From NCBI GenBank assembly GCA_964400035.1, contig CAYNSP010000001.1, forward strand, positions 336 through 64,335: DNA of 64,000 bases, given 5' to 3'. Shown here piece after piece: positions 10,767 through 18,945 of this stretch (the first letter of the stretch is position 1; each line of letters opens with the position of its first letter). Position numbers and translations under genes: made by a program. Below the pieces are notes generated by a model. It was not told where the DNA came from and ran no database searches. It worked only from the letters and a program-made list of their open reading frames with translations. Origin of the DNA: an uncultured Acidimicrobiaceae bacterium. Its GTDB lineage: Bacteria; Actinomycetota; Acidimicrobiia; Spongiisociales; ZC4RG35.

Positions 10767-12481
10767 TGGCGGGCGTGGTCGGCGAGCTGGTCGAAGTAGT
10801 TGAGGACGATGCCCCGCATCGATGGGGGAAGACGGAGCCGGGAGAGGGAATCGGCTGCAGAGCTCAGATACTTCGGAAGGACGGTGGCGTATGGGACCAC
10901 CGAATCGCCCCGTTCGGTCTGGCCGTCACCTTTGCCCACGATGGCACCCTGACCCGATCCGCCGTCGATACCGACGTGAACCTGATCAGAACTCTGACCG
11001 CGGTCGATGGGGTCGAAGATCGGGTTGGACTGCACCTGTGATCCGTGGTTCTGGCCCGTACCTGGACCGACGCTGCCCTGGCCACCCTGACCCTGGGCTC
11101 CACCCTGACCCGGCCCGACGCCGCCGATCTGGCCGGACGCGCCTCCCTGGCCACCCTGTCCGCCTTGACCGCCCTGACCTTGGCCCTGACCCTGTCCTTG
11201 TCCTTGGCCCTGACCCTGTCCTTGGCCCTGACCCTGTCCTTGTCCTTGGCCCTGACCCTGTCCTTGTCCTTGGCCCTGGCCTTCGCCCTCAGCGCCGGAC
11301 AGTCGAGCAGCCACGCCGTTGAGGGCGTTCCGTGTCTCAACGATGGCCTGCTGGCCCCGTGCCTGTCCGAGTCCGGACCGCTGTTGGGCGGCAGCATCTC
11401 TGAGGGCGTCGGCTGCACCCGAGGCATCGCCCGCCTCCAGGGCGCTGGCCGCCTTCGAAAGCTGATCCGAAAGACCGGGGTTACCACTGGCCTGGGATGC
11501 GGCAAGGTCGCGGAGACGGTCGGCGAGGGCTGCCTTCTCCTGGTCGGACATTCCTTCGACCTCATTGGCAGCACTGTCGAACTGGGATGCGGCGTCCGTA
11601 CCACCGGATCCGGGGAGGGGCCGCAACAGGAGGTCCTGTGCCAGGCCCTGTACCGCGGCTTTCTGCGCAAGGAATCGGGGGTCGAGCTTGGAGTTGAGCT
11701 GAGCATTGGTCAGATCGATCGCCTCGAGGGCTTCCTCCAATGTCTGGGCCTCACCAACCTGCTTGGACAGCTCCCGAAGCTTGCGGGCTATCTCCTCGGC
11801 ACCCTCCACCTCGGAAGCCTCGACCGACTCGGCGATCTTTTCGATGTTCTCGGCCTCGGTCTCGAGAGCGGTCTTTATGTCGGTCGACAGAGCCGGGTTG
11901 GTTCCAAGTGGCGGGAGCAGCCCGATGATCAGGGCGAGAGCGGCGGCCGTTCCCAACTGCCGGAGTCGATGGGGTTGCGGCCGGATCGGGATTGCGGTTG
12001 CTGGTGTGGCATCCCGCACCAGGTCCTCAGCTCGGGCCTGGATGATCGAGTGGACTTCGTCTTCGGTGTCTGCGAATTCGAGGGCGGTGGTGAGCGTGTC
12101 CCGGGCGCCGAGACCCCGCTCGGCGGCACGGGAGGCGTCCCAGTCGCTGATACGCAACGTGAAAGCCCGGATGCCCAGAACCAGGAGAGTGGCGCCGACC
12201 AGGATCCCGGACCAAAGGGGAGCGGCGTCGAAAGGGGTCAGCCATTCGACGGCGAAGAGAACGACGATGGCTCCACCCACCCAGGGAGCCAGATCCTGGG
12301 CGGTGGCGGCGAGCCAGGACACCCGGATCCGGTTCCGGATAGCTTGAAGAAATCGGCGTCTCGGCTCTGTCAACTCAATCTCCGTGGTCTTAAGACGCAA
12401 TGAACGAAATGAACGGTTCCCCGGTTCAGCGATTCCAGTAAAGCAGTGCCCGAAACCTGGGTGGCCCACTGTCCCGAACAA
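10763..12481 (-). CDS. Membrane-anchored coiled-coil protein with a Gly-Gln dipeptide repeat tract, possibly DUF4129/DUF4350-like. First gene of the MoxR operon.
   Basis: Two N-terminal TM helices (WVGGAIVVLFAVEWL, LWSGILVGATLLVLGI). A long Ala/Glu/Leu-rich helical region. About 24 GQ dipeptides plus GGQ repeats. A conserved-looking C-terminus (VPYATVLPKYLSSAADSLSRLRLPP). The true start is uncertain and may be internal. Confidence 0.55.
   Translation of the reverse strand: MFGTVGHPGFGHCFTGIAEPGNRSFRSLRLKTTEIELTEPRRRFLQAIRNRIRVSWLAATAQDLAPWVGGAIVVLFAVEWLTPFDAAPLWSGILVGATLLVLGIRAFTLRISDWDASRAAERGLGARDTLTTALEFADTEDEVHSIIQARAEDLVRDATPATAIPIRPQPHRLRQLGTAAALALIIGLLPPLGTNPALSTDIKTALETEAENIEKIAESVEASEVEGAEEIARKLRELSKQVGEAQTLEEALEAIDLTNAQLNSKLDPRFLAQKAAVQGLAQDLLLRPLPGSGGTDAASQFDSAANEVEGMSDQEKAALADRLRDLAASQASGNPGLSDQLSKAASALEAGDASGAADALRDAAAQQRSGLGQARGQQAIVETRNALNGVAARLSGAEGEGQGQGQGQGQGQGQGQGQGQGQGQGQGQGQGQGQGQGGQGGQGGQGGASGQIGGVGPGQGGAQGQGGQGSVGPGTGQNHGSQVQSNPIFDPIDRGQSSDQVHVGIDGGSGQGAIVGKGDGQTERGDSVVPYATVLPKYLSSAADSLSRLRLPPSMRGIVLNYFDQLADHARQ
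11160..11292. repeat. Imperfect hexanucleotide tandem repeat (GGCCCTGACCCTGTCCTTGTCCTTG... units) inside the CDS above, encoding (GQ)n.
   Basis: Direct reading of the sequence. Period 6/12, about 20 units, confined to the coding frame of the minus-strand gene. Confidence 0.8.
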
Positions 12482-12489
12482 CGACGAAG

Positions 12490-13434
12490 CTACGTCGTGT
12501 AGACCACCCGGTCGCCGCGTTCGTGGCGGCGGATACGACCTTTACGGGCCAGGTGCTCCAGATGTGCGATCGTCTCCAGGAATGCGAGTCGGGCCTGGAG
12601 GGGGTCAAGGTTGGGTCGGAACGCCCTCAGCATCACCTCCCAGGCGGTGGTCCCGTCGTGGGCGTCCTGCCTGGCGTCGTCTCTCACCATTGCGGCCATG
12701 TCGAGCAGACGGCGGTCGTGGTGCAGCAGGATCTGGCGGGCTCTCTCGTCCCCCCGGTCGATCAGGTCACCATGCGCCGGATAGGTGAGGACCATTCCCA
12801 TGTCGATGAGACGTCGCAATCCCGACAGGTAGTCGCCGAGAGCGTCGCCGCCGTCCAATTCGTACATGATCACCGGGGAGATACGGGGGAGAACATGGTC
12901 ACCCGAGAAGACGATTCCGGTCTTGCTGTCCTTCAGGCAGATATGGCTGGCGTCGTGGCCCGGGGTGTGGACCACTTCGAGGGTCCGGGCAGTACCCAAA
13001 GGGATGCGGTCCCCATCTGCCACAGTGTGATCTGGCGGGTCGATCAACGGCATGTAATCGGGGCGGGGAGCGGATGCCGCAGCCTCCACGATGGCGTCCG
13101 GAACGCCATGGCTCCGCGCGATGCCCCTCAGTCTTTGGTAGTAACCGGGGGTGTCGTTGTACTCGTCCACCAGACGTGAAGCCGATTCGTGCATGACCAG
13201 GCGACATCCCAGTTCACGGACGAGACGTGTCGCCATCCCGACATGGTCCGGGTGGAGATGCGATACGACCAGGGTGTCGACCGCTGAGAGTTCCAGTTCC
13301 AGAGCCTCGAAGCCGTCGACCAACGCGTCGTGTCCCGGCTTCCAGTCCGTACCGCAGTCGAGAAGGAGGAGGCCGTCATCGGCCTCGACTACGTAGGCGT
13401 TGACGGACTGGGGAGACTTGAACGGCAGGGGCAA
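12490..13434 (-). CDS. MBL-fold metallo-hydrolase.
   Basis: Metallo-beta-lactamase fold motifs HLHPDHVGM and VVHTPGHDASHICL. Ends 9 nt upstream of the (GQ)n gene start, so probably co-transcribed. Confidence 0.8.
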   Translation of the reverse strand: MPLPFKSPQSVNAYVVEADDGLLLLDCGTDWKPGHDALVDGFEALELELSAVDTLVVSHLHPDHVGMATRLVRELGCRLVMHESASRLVDEYNDTPGYYQRLRGIARSHGVPDAIVEAAASAPRPDYMPLIDPPDHTVADGDRIPLGTARTLEVVHTPGHDASHICLKDSKTGIVFSGDHVLPRISPVIMYELDGGDALGDYLSGLRRLIDMGMVLTYPAHGDLIDRGDERARQILLHHDRRLLDMAAMVRDDARQDAHDGTTAWEVMLRAFRPNLDPLQARLAFLETIAHLEHLARKGRIRRHERGDRVVYTT

Positions 13435-13550
13435 CGGGACGAGATGGATCCCGTTTCCCAGAGACTGCGGAGATGGTGTGTTGAGCGACGTGGGGCCACA
13501 TTAGGAAAGGGGGACACGACCTGTGGCCGTGCCCCCCTTCCTGGACCCTT

Positions 13551-13817
13551 CTAGGAGGTCGACCGCCGCGATGCGAAGGCGGTGTACACATACACCGCGA
13601 GGGCGCCGACACCCACCCTGACGATCCATCGGATCCAATCGATTCCGGAGGTCTCCTCACCTCCGAGCGCCCCATAGATCAGGTCGCCGACGATGGCACC
13701 GACGGCACCAAGCAAGATCGTGATCCAAATCGAGATGTTCTGGTTGCCGGGTAGCGCCAGACGCGCCAACGCCCCGACTACGGCACCGGCTACCAGTGCC
13801 TGAAGTATTTCTCCCAT
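13551..13817 (-). CDS. GlsB/YeaQ/YmgE family (transglycosylase-associated) small stress membrane protein.
   Basis: MGEILQALVAGAVVGALARLALPGNQNISIWITILLGAVGAIVGDLIYGAL is the typical Gly-zipper two-TM pattern. The leader of track ORF (to 13862) was trimmed. Confidence 0.65.
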   Translation of the reverse strand: MGEILQALVAGAVVGALARLALPGNQNISIWITILLGAVGAIVGDLIYGALGGEETSGIDWIRWIVRVGVGALAVYVYTAFASRRSTS

Positions 13818-13903
13818 CGCTCCTCCTTCTCCGTGGTGGCAGTGTCGCCACCAGTTAGACAAACGAGCCTAGCCCCAGGTTTCAGACGGTCACTGACCGT
13901 GGG

Positions 13904-14131
13904 TCACTGACCGTGTTCGACGGGATCCTTGATCCCGAAGGTGATATCGAGGGTGACACTGAATACGGTGGGGATCCCGGAGGAGTCGACCTCACCGCCG
14001 ACCTTCACAACCTTGAAATGCTGGATGTCCTGGATCGTCGAGGCGGCTCTGGCCAGCACGGTCCTGACCGCATCCTCGATGGACCCGCTGGCCTTCCCGG
14101 AAAGTCGGATTGTCTTGGTGATCGACGACAT
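13904..14131 (-). CDS. Dodecin-family flavin-binding protein.
   Basis: About 75 aa: MSSITKTIRLSGKASGSIEDAVRTVLARAASTIQDIQHFKVVKVGGEV...VTLDITFGIKDP resembles dodecins. The leader of track ORF (to 14224) was trimmed. Confidence 0.6.
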   Translation of the reverse strand: MSSITKTIRLSGKASGSIEDAVRTVLARAASTIQDIQHFKVVKVGGEVDSSGIPTVFSVTLDITFGIKDPVEHGQ

Positions 14132-14198
14132 CTGTGCTCGCTTCGCTCGCGGTGCCGGAACCCGGTAGTCGGACAGTAGTGGACTGTACGGTAGGGGT

Positions 14199-15596
14199 AT
14201 GTCGCAAATGCCTGACCTCGACAAGATCCGTACGGCAGCCCGATATGCACCGAAGTTCGTCGGATTCCAGCACTCCTATCACCCGTATGTGGGGACCCAG
14301 ATCGCCCTCCGGGTCGATGGCGAGTTGCTGTTGAACGAGGCATTCGGGGTTGCCGACGTCGAGTCAGGTGAGACGTTGACGGTGGACCACCTCTTCCGGA
14401 TCGCCTCCCACTCCAAGACCTTCACCGGTGTCGCCTGCATGCAACTGATGGAGGCAGGCAGGCTTCGTCTCGACGACACCGTGGGGCAGTGGATACCCGC
14501 CCTGGCGGACTCTGCGATGGCCCGGGCGACCGTTCGCGAGCTGCTCGGACACGGTTCGGGCATCATCCGTGATGGGGAGGACTCCACCTGGTGGGAGTTG
14601 AACCGACTTTTTCCCACCGAGGAGGAGATAGTCGAAGTGGTGCGCTCGGCTGGCAAGATCATGGATCGCAACGAGCGGTTCAAGTACTCGAACATCGGAT
14701 ACTCGCTGCTGGGGATGATCGTGGCCCGAGCCTCCGGTCAGAGCTATCGGGACTACACCCGGGAGCACATCATCGCCCCGCTCGGATTGGTCAGCACCGG
14801 CCCCGAGTTCGAACCGGAAAGGGGCGGCGAATACGCCAGCGGGCATTCCTCACGTGCCTATTCCGAAGTGCGGAAGGTCATCGATCACATCGACACCTAC
14901 GCCGAGAGTTCGGCCACAGGCTTCTACTCCACGGCCGCCGAGTTGACCGCCTACTTCCAGGCCCACATGGAGGGAGATGACCGCATCCTCAGCGACGACG
15001 CAAAGCGACAGATGCGTCAGGTCCAATGGCAGATCGAAGACGCATGGGGATATGGACTCGGTCTGAGCATCACCAAAGTCCACAAGCGGACCTACTACGG
15101 CCATGGTGGGGGATACCCGGGGCACATCACCATGTCCAAGTTCGACCCGGACCGGAAGCTGAGCATTTCGGTCTTCACCAACAGCATCGACGGACCGGCA
15201 GCCACCATTTGCGACGCCGTGTTGGGTCTGATCGAAGTCTCTCTGACCCGGGACGCCAAGGCTGAATCCCGAGACCCCGGAGACCTGGAGAAGTACGAAG
15301 GTCGGTTCGCCGGTCTGTGGGGCGTCTACGACATCGTCGACCTGGGAGGCCGGCTCTACATGGTCGACCCGGTGGCGGGTCCCAACGTGGACAGGCTAGC
15401 CGAACTGGAAGTCGTGTCGGACACCGAGCTCAAACTGATCTCGGGTGCCGGATCGATTGCCATCAACGAACCGTTGAAGTACACCTTCGATGACCGGGGC
15501 AGGGTCGTCGAGATCTGGGGACCCGGCGGAATGCGGTGGGTGCCCTTCGATGACTTCGAACTGCCTGAGCGGGTGAGTCGCCCGCGACCTCACTAG
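14199..15596 (+). CDS. Serine hydrolase, beta-lactamase/PBP-like (class C / esterase family).
   Basis: S-x-x-K active-site motif FRIASHSKTF. YSN-like motif KYSNIGYSLLG. 465 aa. Confidence 0.8.
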   Translation: MSQMPDLDKIRTAARYAPKFVGFQHSYHPYVGTQIALRVDGELLLNEAFGVADVESGETLTVDHLFRIASHSKTFTGVACMQLMEAGRLRLDDTVGQWIPALADSAMARATVRELLGHGSGIIRDGEDSTWWELNRLFPTEEEIVEVVRSAGKIMDRNERFKYSNIGYSLLGMIVARASGQSYRDYTREHIIAPLGLVSTGPEFEPERGGEYASGHSSRAYSEVRKVIDHIDTYAESSATGFYSTAAELTAYFQAHMEGDDRILSDDAKRQMRQVQWQIEDAWGYGLGLSITKVHKRTYYGHGGGYPGHITMSKFDPDRKLSISVFTNSIDGPAATICDAVLGLIEVSLTRDAKAESRDPGDLEKYEGRFAGLWGVYDIVDLGGRLYMVDPVAGPNVDRLAELEVVSDTELKLISGAGSIAINEPLKYTFDDRGRVVEIWGPGGMRWVPFDDFELPERVSRPRPH

Positions 15597-15618
15597 CGGT
15601 TGCCCTCTTAGGCTAGTA

Positions 15619-15636
15619 TCGAACATGTGTTCGATT
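15619..15636. promoter_or_regulatory. LexA (SOS) box TCGAAC-ATGT-GTTCGA overlapping the dnaE2 start codon.
   Basis: Perfect palindrome matching the actinobacterial/Gram-positive LexA consensus TCGAAC(N4)GTTCGA, read directly at about 15620-15635. The GTG start of dnaE2 lies inside it. Confidence 0.75.
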
Positions 15637-18600
15637 ATGCCGAGTTGCATTGCCACACCAACTTCTCGTTTCTCGACGGGGCTTCCCATCCCGAGGAGCT
15701 GGTGGATCGGGCGTTGGAACTCGGATACGCGGCGCTGGCGGTAACCGACCACAACGGCTTCTACGGAGTTTCCCGGTTCTGGCAGGCGGCACGGGACACG
15801 GGATTGCCCACCATCTACGGGGTGGAGATCGGGTTCGAGTCAGTTCCGGAGGGGGTCCTCGACCCGGTCGCCGCAGCGCAGGAGTGGGACCGGAAGCGAC
15901 ACGCCCGTACCGCAGGGGGACAGGGGCGACTCCGGAGGGGTAGGAGCGTCCGGGCCCATGGGGTGAAACCGGAGAAGCCGGAGACCGATCATCTGGTTCT
16001 TCTCGCCGGTTCGCCCGGGGGATACCGCTCGCTGTCGCATCTGATCACCAAAGGTCAGATGCGTGGCGAGAAGGATCGTCCCATCTACCTCTGGGACGAT
16101 CTGGTCGAGGCCGCAGCCGATGAGGACGTCCACGCTCTCACCGGGTGCCACTTCGGTGCGGTCCCCCGTGCAGCGTCGGGTGGAGACGTCGACGGTGCGA
16201 TCAGGGAGGTGTCCCGACTCCGCGAACTCTTCGGGCGGAGGCTCCACATCGAGTTGTGGCACCACGGGATGCCGGAAGACGATCCCCGCAACGATCTCCT
16301 CTGGGAGGTGGCGGGCCGACTCGGGGTGTCGGCGCTGGCCACCAACCAGGTCCACTATCAGGATCGATCCGACGCCTATCTGTCAGAGGCACTGGCGGCG
16401 ATAGGTGGCCGACGTACTCTGGCAGCGGCCGACGGGTTCCGCCCCGCCACCGATGAGCGGTATCTGAAACACCCCCGTGAGATGCATGAGAGGTTCGCCC
16501 GATATCCGGGGGTGGTCGCCCGGGCCGCCGAGTTGGGTCGGCGTCTCGCCTTCGACCTCGGATTGATGGCACCGAAGCTCCCCGACTTCCCGATGCCGGG
16601 TCATTTCACCAACGAGATGGCCTACCTGCGTCATCTCACCTGGGAGGGTGCCCGACATGTCTATCCGGGTTCGGACGACGGCATCGACCCGGAGGCCAGA
16701 CGCAGGCTGGAACACGAACTCGGGATCATCGAGCGTCTCGGGTTCGCCGGATACTTCCTGGTGGTCAAAGACCTGGTCGACTTCGCCCGCGAGCAAGGGA
16801 TCATGTGTCAGATCCGTGGGTCGGGTGCGGACTCGGCGATCTGTCGTTGTATCGGACTCACCAGGGTCGACCCGATCCGGCTCCAGCTTCCCTTCGAGCG
16901 ATTTCTGTCCGAAGAGCGGGGGAGACCCCCCGACATCGACGTCGACTTCGAAGCCGACCGCCGCGAAGAAGTGATCCAGTATTGCTACCGCCGGTACGGG
17001 CGGGAACGGGCCGCCATGGTGGCCAATGTCATCACCTACCGCGCCCGATCGGTCCTGCGTGACGTGGCCAAGGTGTTCGGATTCACCCAGGCCCAGGTCG
17101 ACGGCATGTCCAAGTACGTCGACACCCACAACCCGGCCCGTCTCGCCGAGATGGACGTGCCCCTGCCGGAAGGGCTGACCGCCGACCGGATCTATGACAT
17201 CTGCTGGCGGCTCGATGGGTTCCCCCGGCATCTCGGGATCCACTCGGGTGGCATGGTGATCGCCGACCGGCCCCTATGGCAGGTGGTCCCGGTGGAGTGG
17301 GGTCGGATGGAGGGGAGGACGATCATCCAGTGGGACAAAGACGACTCGGCCGCGGTCGGGATCGTCAAGTTCGACCTGCTCGGCCTCGGGATGCTCAACG
17401 CCCTCCATCTCGCCACCGACCTGATCAAGGACACCCACGGCATCGACATCGATCTGGCCACCATCCCCCAGGAACCGGCGATCTATGAGTCGATCACCCG
17501 GGCCGACACGGTCGGGTTGTTCCAGATCGAGTCGCGCGCCCAGATGGCCACGCTTCCCAAGATGAAGCCCAAGACCTTCTATGACCTGGCCGTGGAGGTC
17601 GCCCTGATCAGACCCGGTCCGATCCAGGGCGGATCGGTCCACCCGTATCTGCGACGGCGCAACGGTGAAGAGCCGGTGGTCTACCCCCACCCGCTCACCG
17701 AACCCATCCTGAAGAAGACCCTCGGAGTGCCCATCTTCCAGGAGCAGTTGATGGAACTGGCCCGGGTGTGCGCCGGATTCGACGGCACCCAGGCCGACCG
17801 TCTCCGCCAGGCGATGACCCACAAACGGTCCGAGGCGGCCATGGCCCGTCTCCGCGACGAGGTCTATGCCGGAATGGAATCGAATGGCGTTGTCGGAGCT
17901 GCCGCCGATGAGATCTGGGAGAAGCTCCAGGGTTTCTCCAGCTTCGGTTTTCCCGAGAGTCACTCGGTCAGCTTCGCCTACATCGTCTACATGTCGACGT
18001 GGCTCAGGTTCCACTACCCGGCGGAGTATCTGGCCGGGCTCCTCAACGCCCAGCCGATGGGGTTCTATCACCCCAACTCACTGGTCCAGGACGCCCAACG
18101 TCACGGTGTGATGGTGCTGGGGCCGGACATAAACCTGTCCTGGCACGACTGCACCATCGAACAGGCCACCGCCGACCCCGATGACGTGGTCACCTATCTC
18201 GGTCAGAGCTCGCGCCGGGGGAGAGGCCATGTCGAGGATCCGATCCGTCCGGCGGTGGCGGTGCGGATGGGGTTGCGTTATGTCCGCAACCTGGGGGAGA
18301 AGGAGATCAACCGGATCGAGGCGGCCCGGGTCCTCGGTGGGGAGTTCACCTCGCCCGAGGATCTCGCCTTCCGCACCGGTCTCGGGGTGGAGGCCCTGGA
18401 AGGACTGGCCGCCTCGGGGGCCCTTGCCTCGATCGGTCTGGGTCGACGGGAAGGTTTGTGGGCGGCGGGGGCCCTGGCCGAGATCGACCCGGAACGTCTT
18501 GCCCTGTCGCCCGGAGTGGAGGCTCCTGAACTCGGCGACATGTCCAACGAGGAGGTCCACCGGGCAGACCTGTGGTCCACCTCCATCTCGACCACCCACC

Positions 18601-18944
18601 CGATGAGCTTCGTGCGCGACCGTTTCCAGGACTGCATGACCGCTGCCGAGGTTCTCGAGGTGAGACGGAACCGACCGAAGGTGAAGGTGGCCGGGGTGAT
18701 CACCCACCGGCAGCGTCCCGCTACGGCGAGGGGTGTCCGGTTCCTCAATCTGGAGGACGAGACCGGGCTCCTGAATGTGATCGTGCTCCCCGAGGTTTGG
18801 ACGGCGAACTGGGATGTCGTGCGGAAGAGCCCGGCGGTCGTGGTTCACGGGGCGATCGAGTTCTACGAGGGGGTCACCAATGTGGTGGCCCGGTCCTTCG
18901 AGGCGATCGGGATCCAGACCGTCAGGTCCAGAGACTTCAGGTGA
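15627..18944 (+). CDS. dnaE2: Error-prone DNA polymerase III alpha-like subunit DnaE2 (ImuC).
   Basis: N-terminal PHP domain YAELHCHTNFSFLDGASHPEELV. 1105 aa, the DnaE2 size class. Pol III alpha core motifs, and a C-terminal OB region. Preceded by an SOS box. Confidence 0.85.
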   Translation: MFDYAELHCHTNFSFLDGASHPEELVDRALELGYAALAVTDHNGFYGVSRFWQAARDTGLPTIYGVEIGFESVPEGVLDPVAAAQEWDRKRHARTAGGQGRLRRGRSVRAHGVKPEKPETDHLVLLAGSPGGYRSLSHLITKGQMRGEKDRPIYLWDDLVEAAADEDVHALTGCHFGAVPRAASGGDVDGAIREVSRLRELFGRRLHIELWHHGMPEDDPRNDLLWEVAGRLGVSALATNQVHYQDRSDAYLSEALAAIGGRRTLAAADGFRPATDERYLKHPREMHERFARYPGVVARAAELGRRLAFDLGLMAPKLPDFPMPGHFTNEMAYLRHLTWEGARHVYPGSDDGIDPEARRRLEHELGIIERLGFAGYFLVVKDLVDFAREQGIMCQIRGSGADSAICRCIGLTRVDPIRLQLPFERFLSEERGRPPDIDVDFEADRREEVIQYCYRRYGRERAAMVANVITYRARSVLRDVAKVFGFTQAQVDGMSKYVDTHNPARLAEMDVPLPEGLTADRIYDICWRLDGFPRHLGIHSGGMVIADRPLWQVVPVEWGRMEGRTIIQWDKDDSAAVGIVKFDLLGLGMLNALHLATDLIKDTHGIDIDLATIPQEPAIYESITRADTVGLFQIESRAQMATLPKMKPKTFYDLAVEVALIRPGPIQGGSVHPYLRRRNGEEPVVYPHPLTEPILKKTLGVPIFQEQLMELARVCAGFDGTQADRLRQAMTHKRSEAAMARLRDEVYAGMESNGVVGAAADEIWEKLQGFSSFGFPESHSVSFAYIVYMSTWLRFHYPAEYLAGLLNAQPMGFYHPNSLVQDAQRHGVMVLGPDINLSWHDCTIEQATADPDDVVTYLGQSSRRGRGHVEDPIRPAVAVRMGLRYVRNLGEKEINRIEAARVLGGEFTSPEDLAFRTGLGVEALEGLAASGALASIGLGRREGLWAAGALAEIDPERLALSPGVEAPELGDMSNEEVHRADLWSTSISTTHPMSFVRDRFQDCMTAAEVLEVRRNRPKVKVAGVITHRQRPATARGVRFLNLEDETGLLNVIVLPEVWTANWDVVRKSPAVVVHGAIEFYEGVTNVVARSFEAIGIQTVRSRDFR

Positions 18945-18945
18945 G

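Noticed and set aside
11045-12403. 452-aa plus-strand ORF with (LTLS)n repeats opposite the (GQ)n gene.
   Set aside because: It is the mirror image of the hexanucleotide repeat. No start context or motifs. The minus-strand frame is supported by operon overlaps with moxR.
13435-13550. GC-rich stem (GGAAAGGGGG ... CCCCCCTTCC) with a 17-nt loop between the glsB-like and MBL genes, as a possible terminator.
   Set aside because: The stem is imperfect, the loop is long, and no U-tract follows on the transcribed (minus) strand. It could be a weak terminator but is not convincing.
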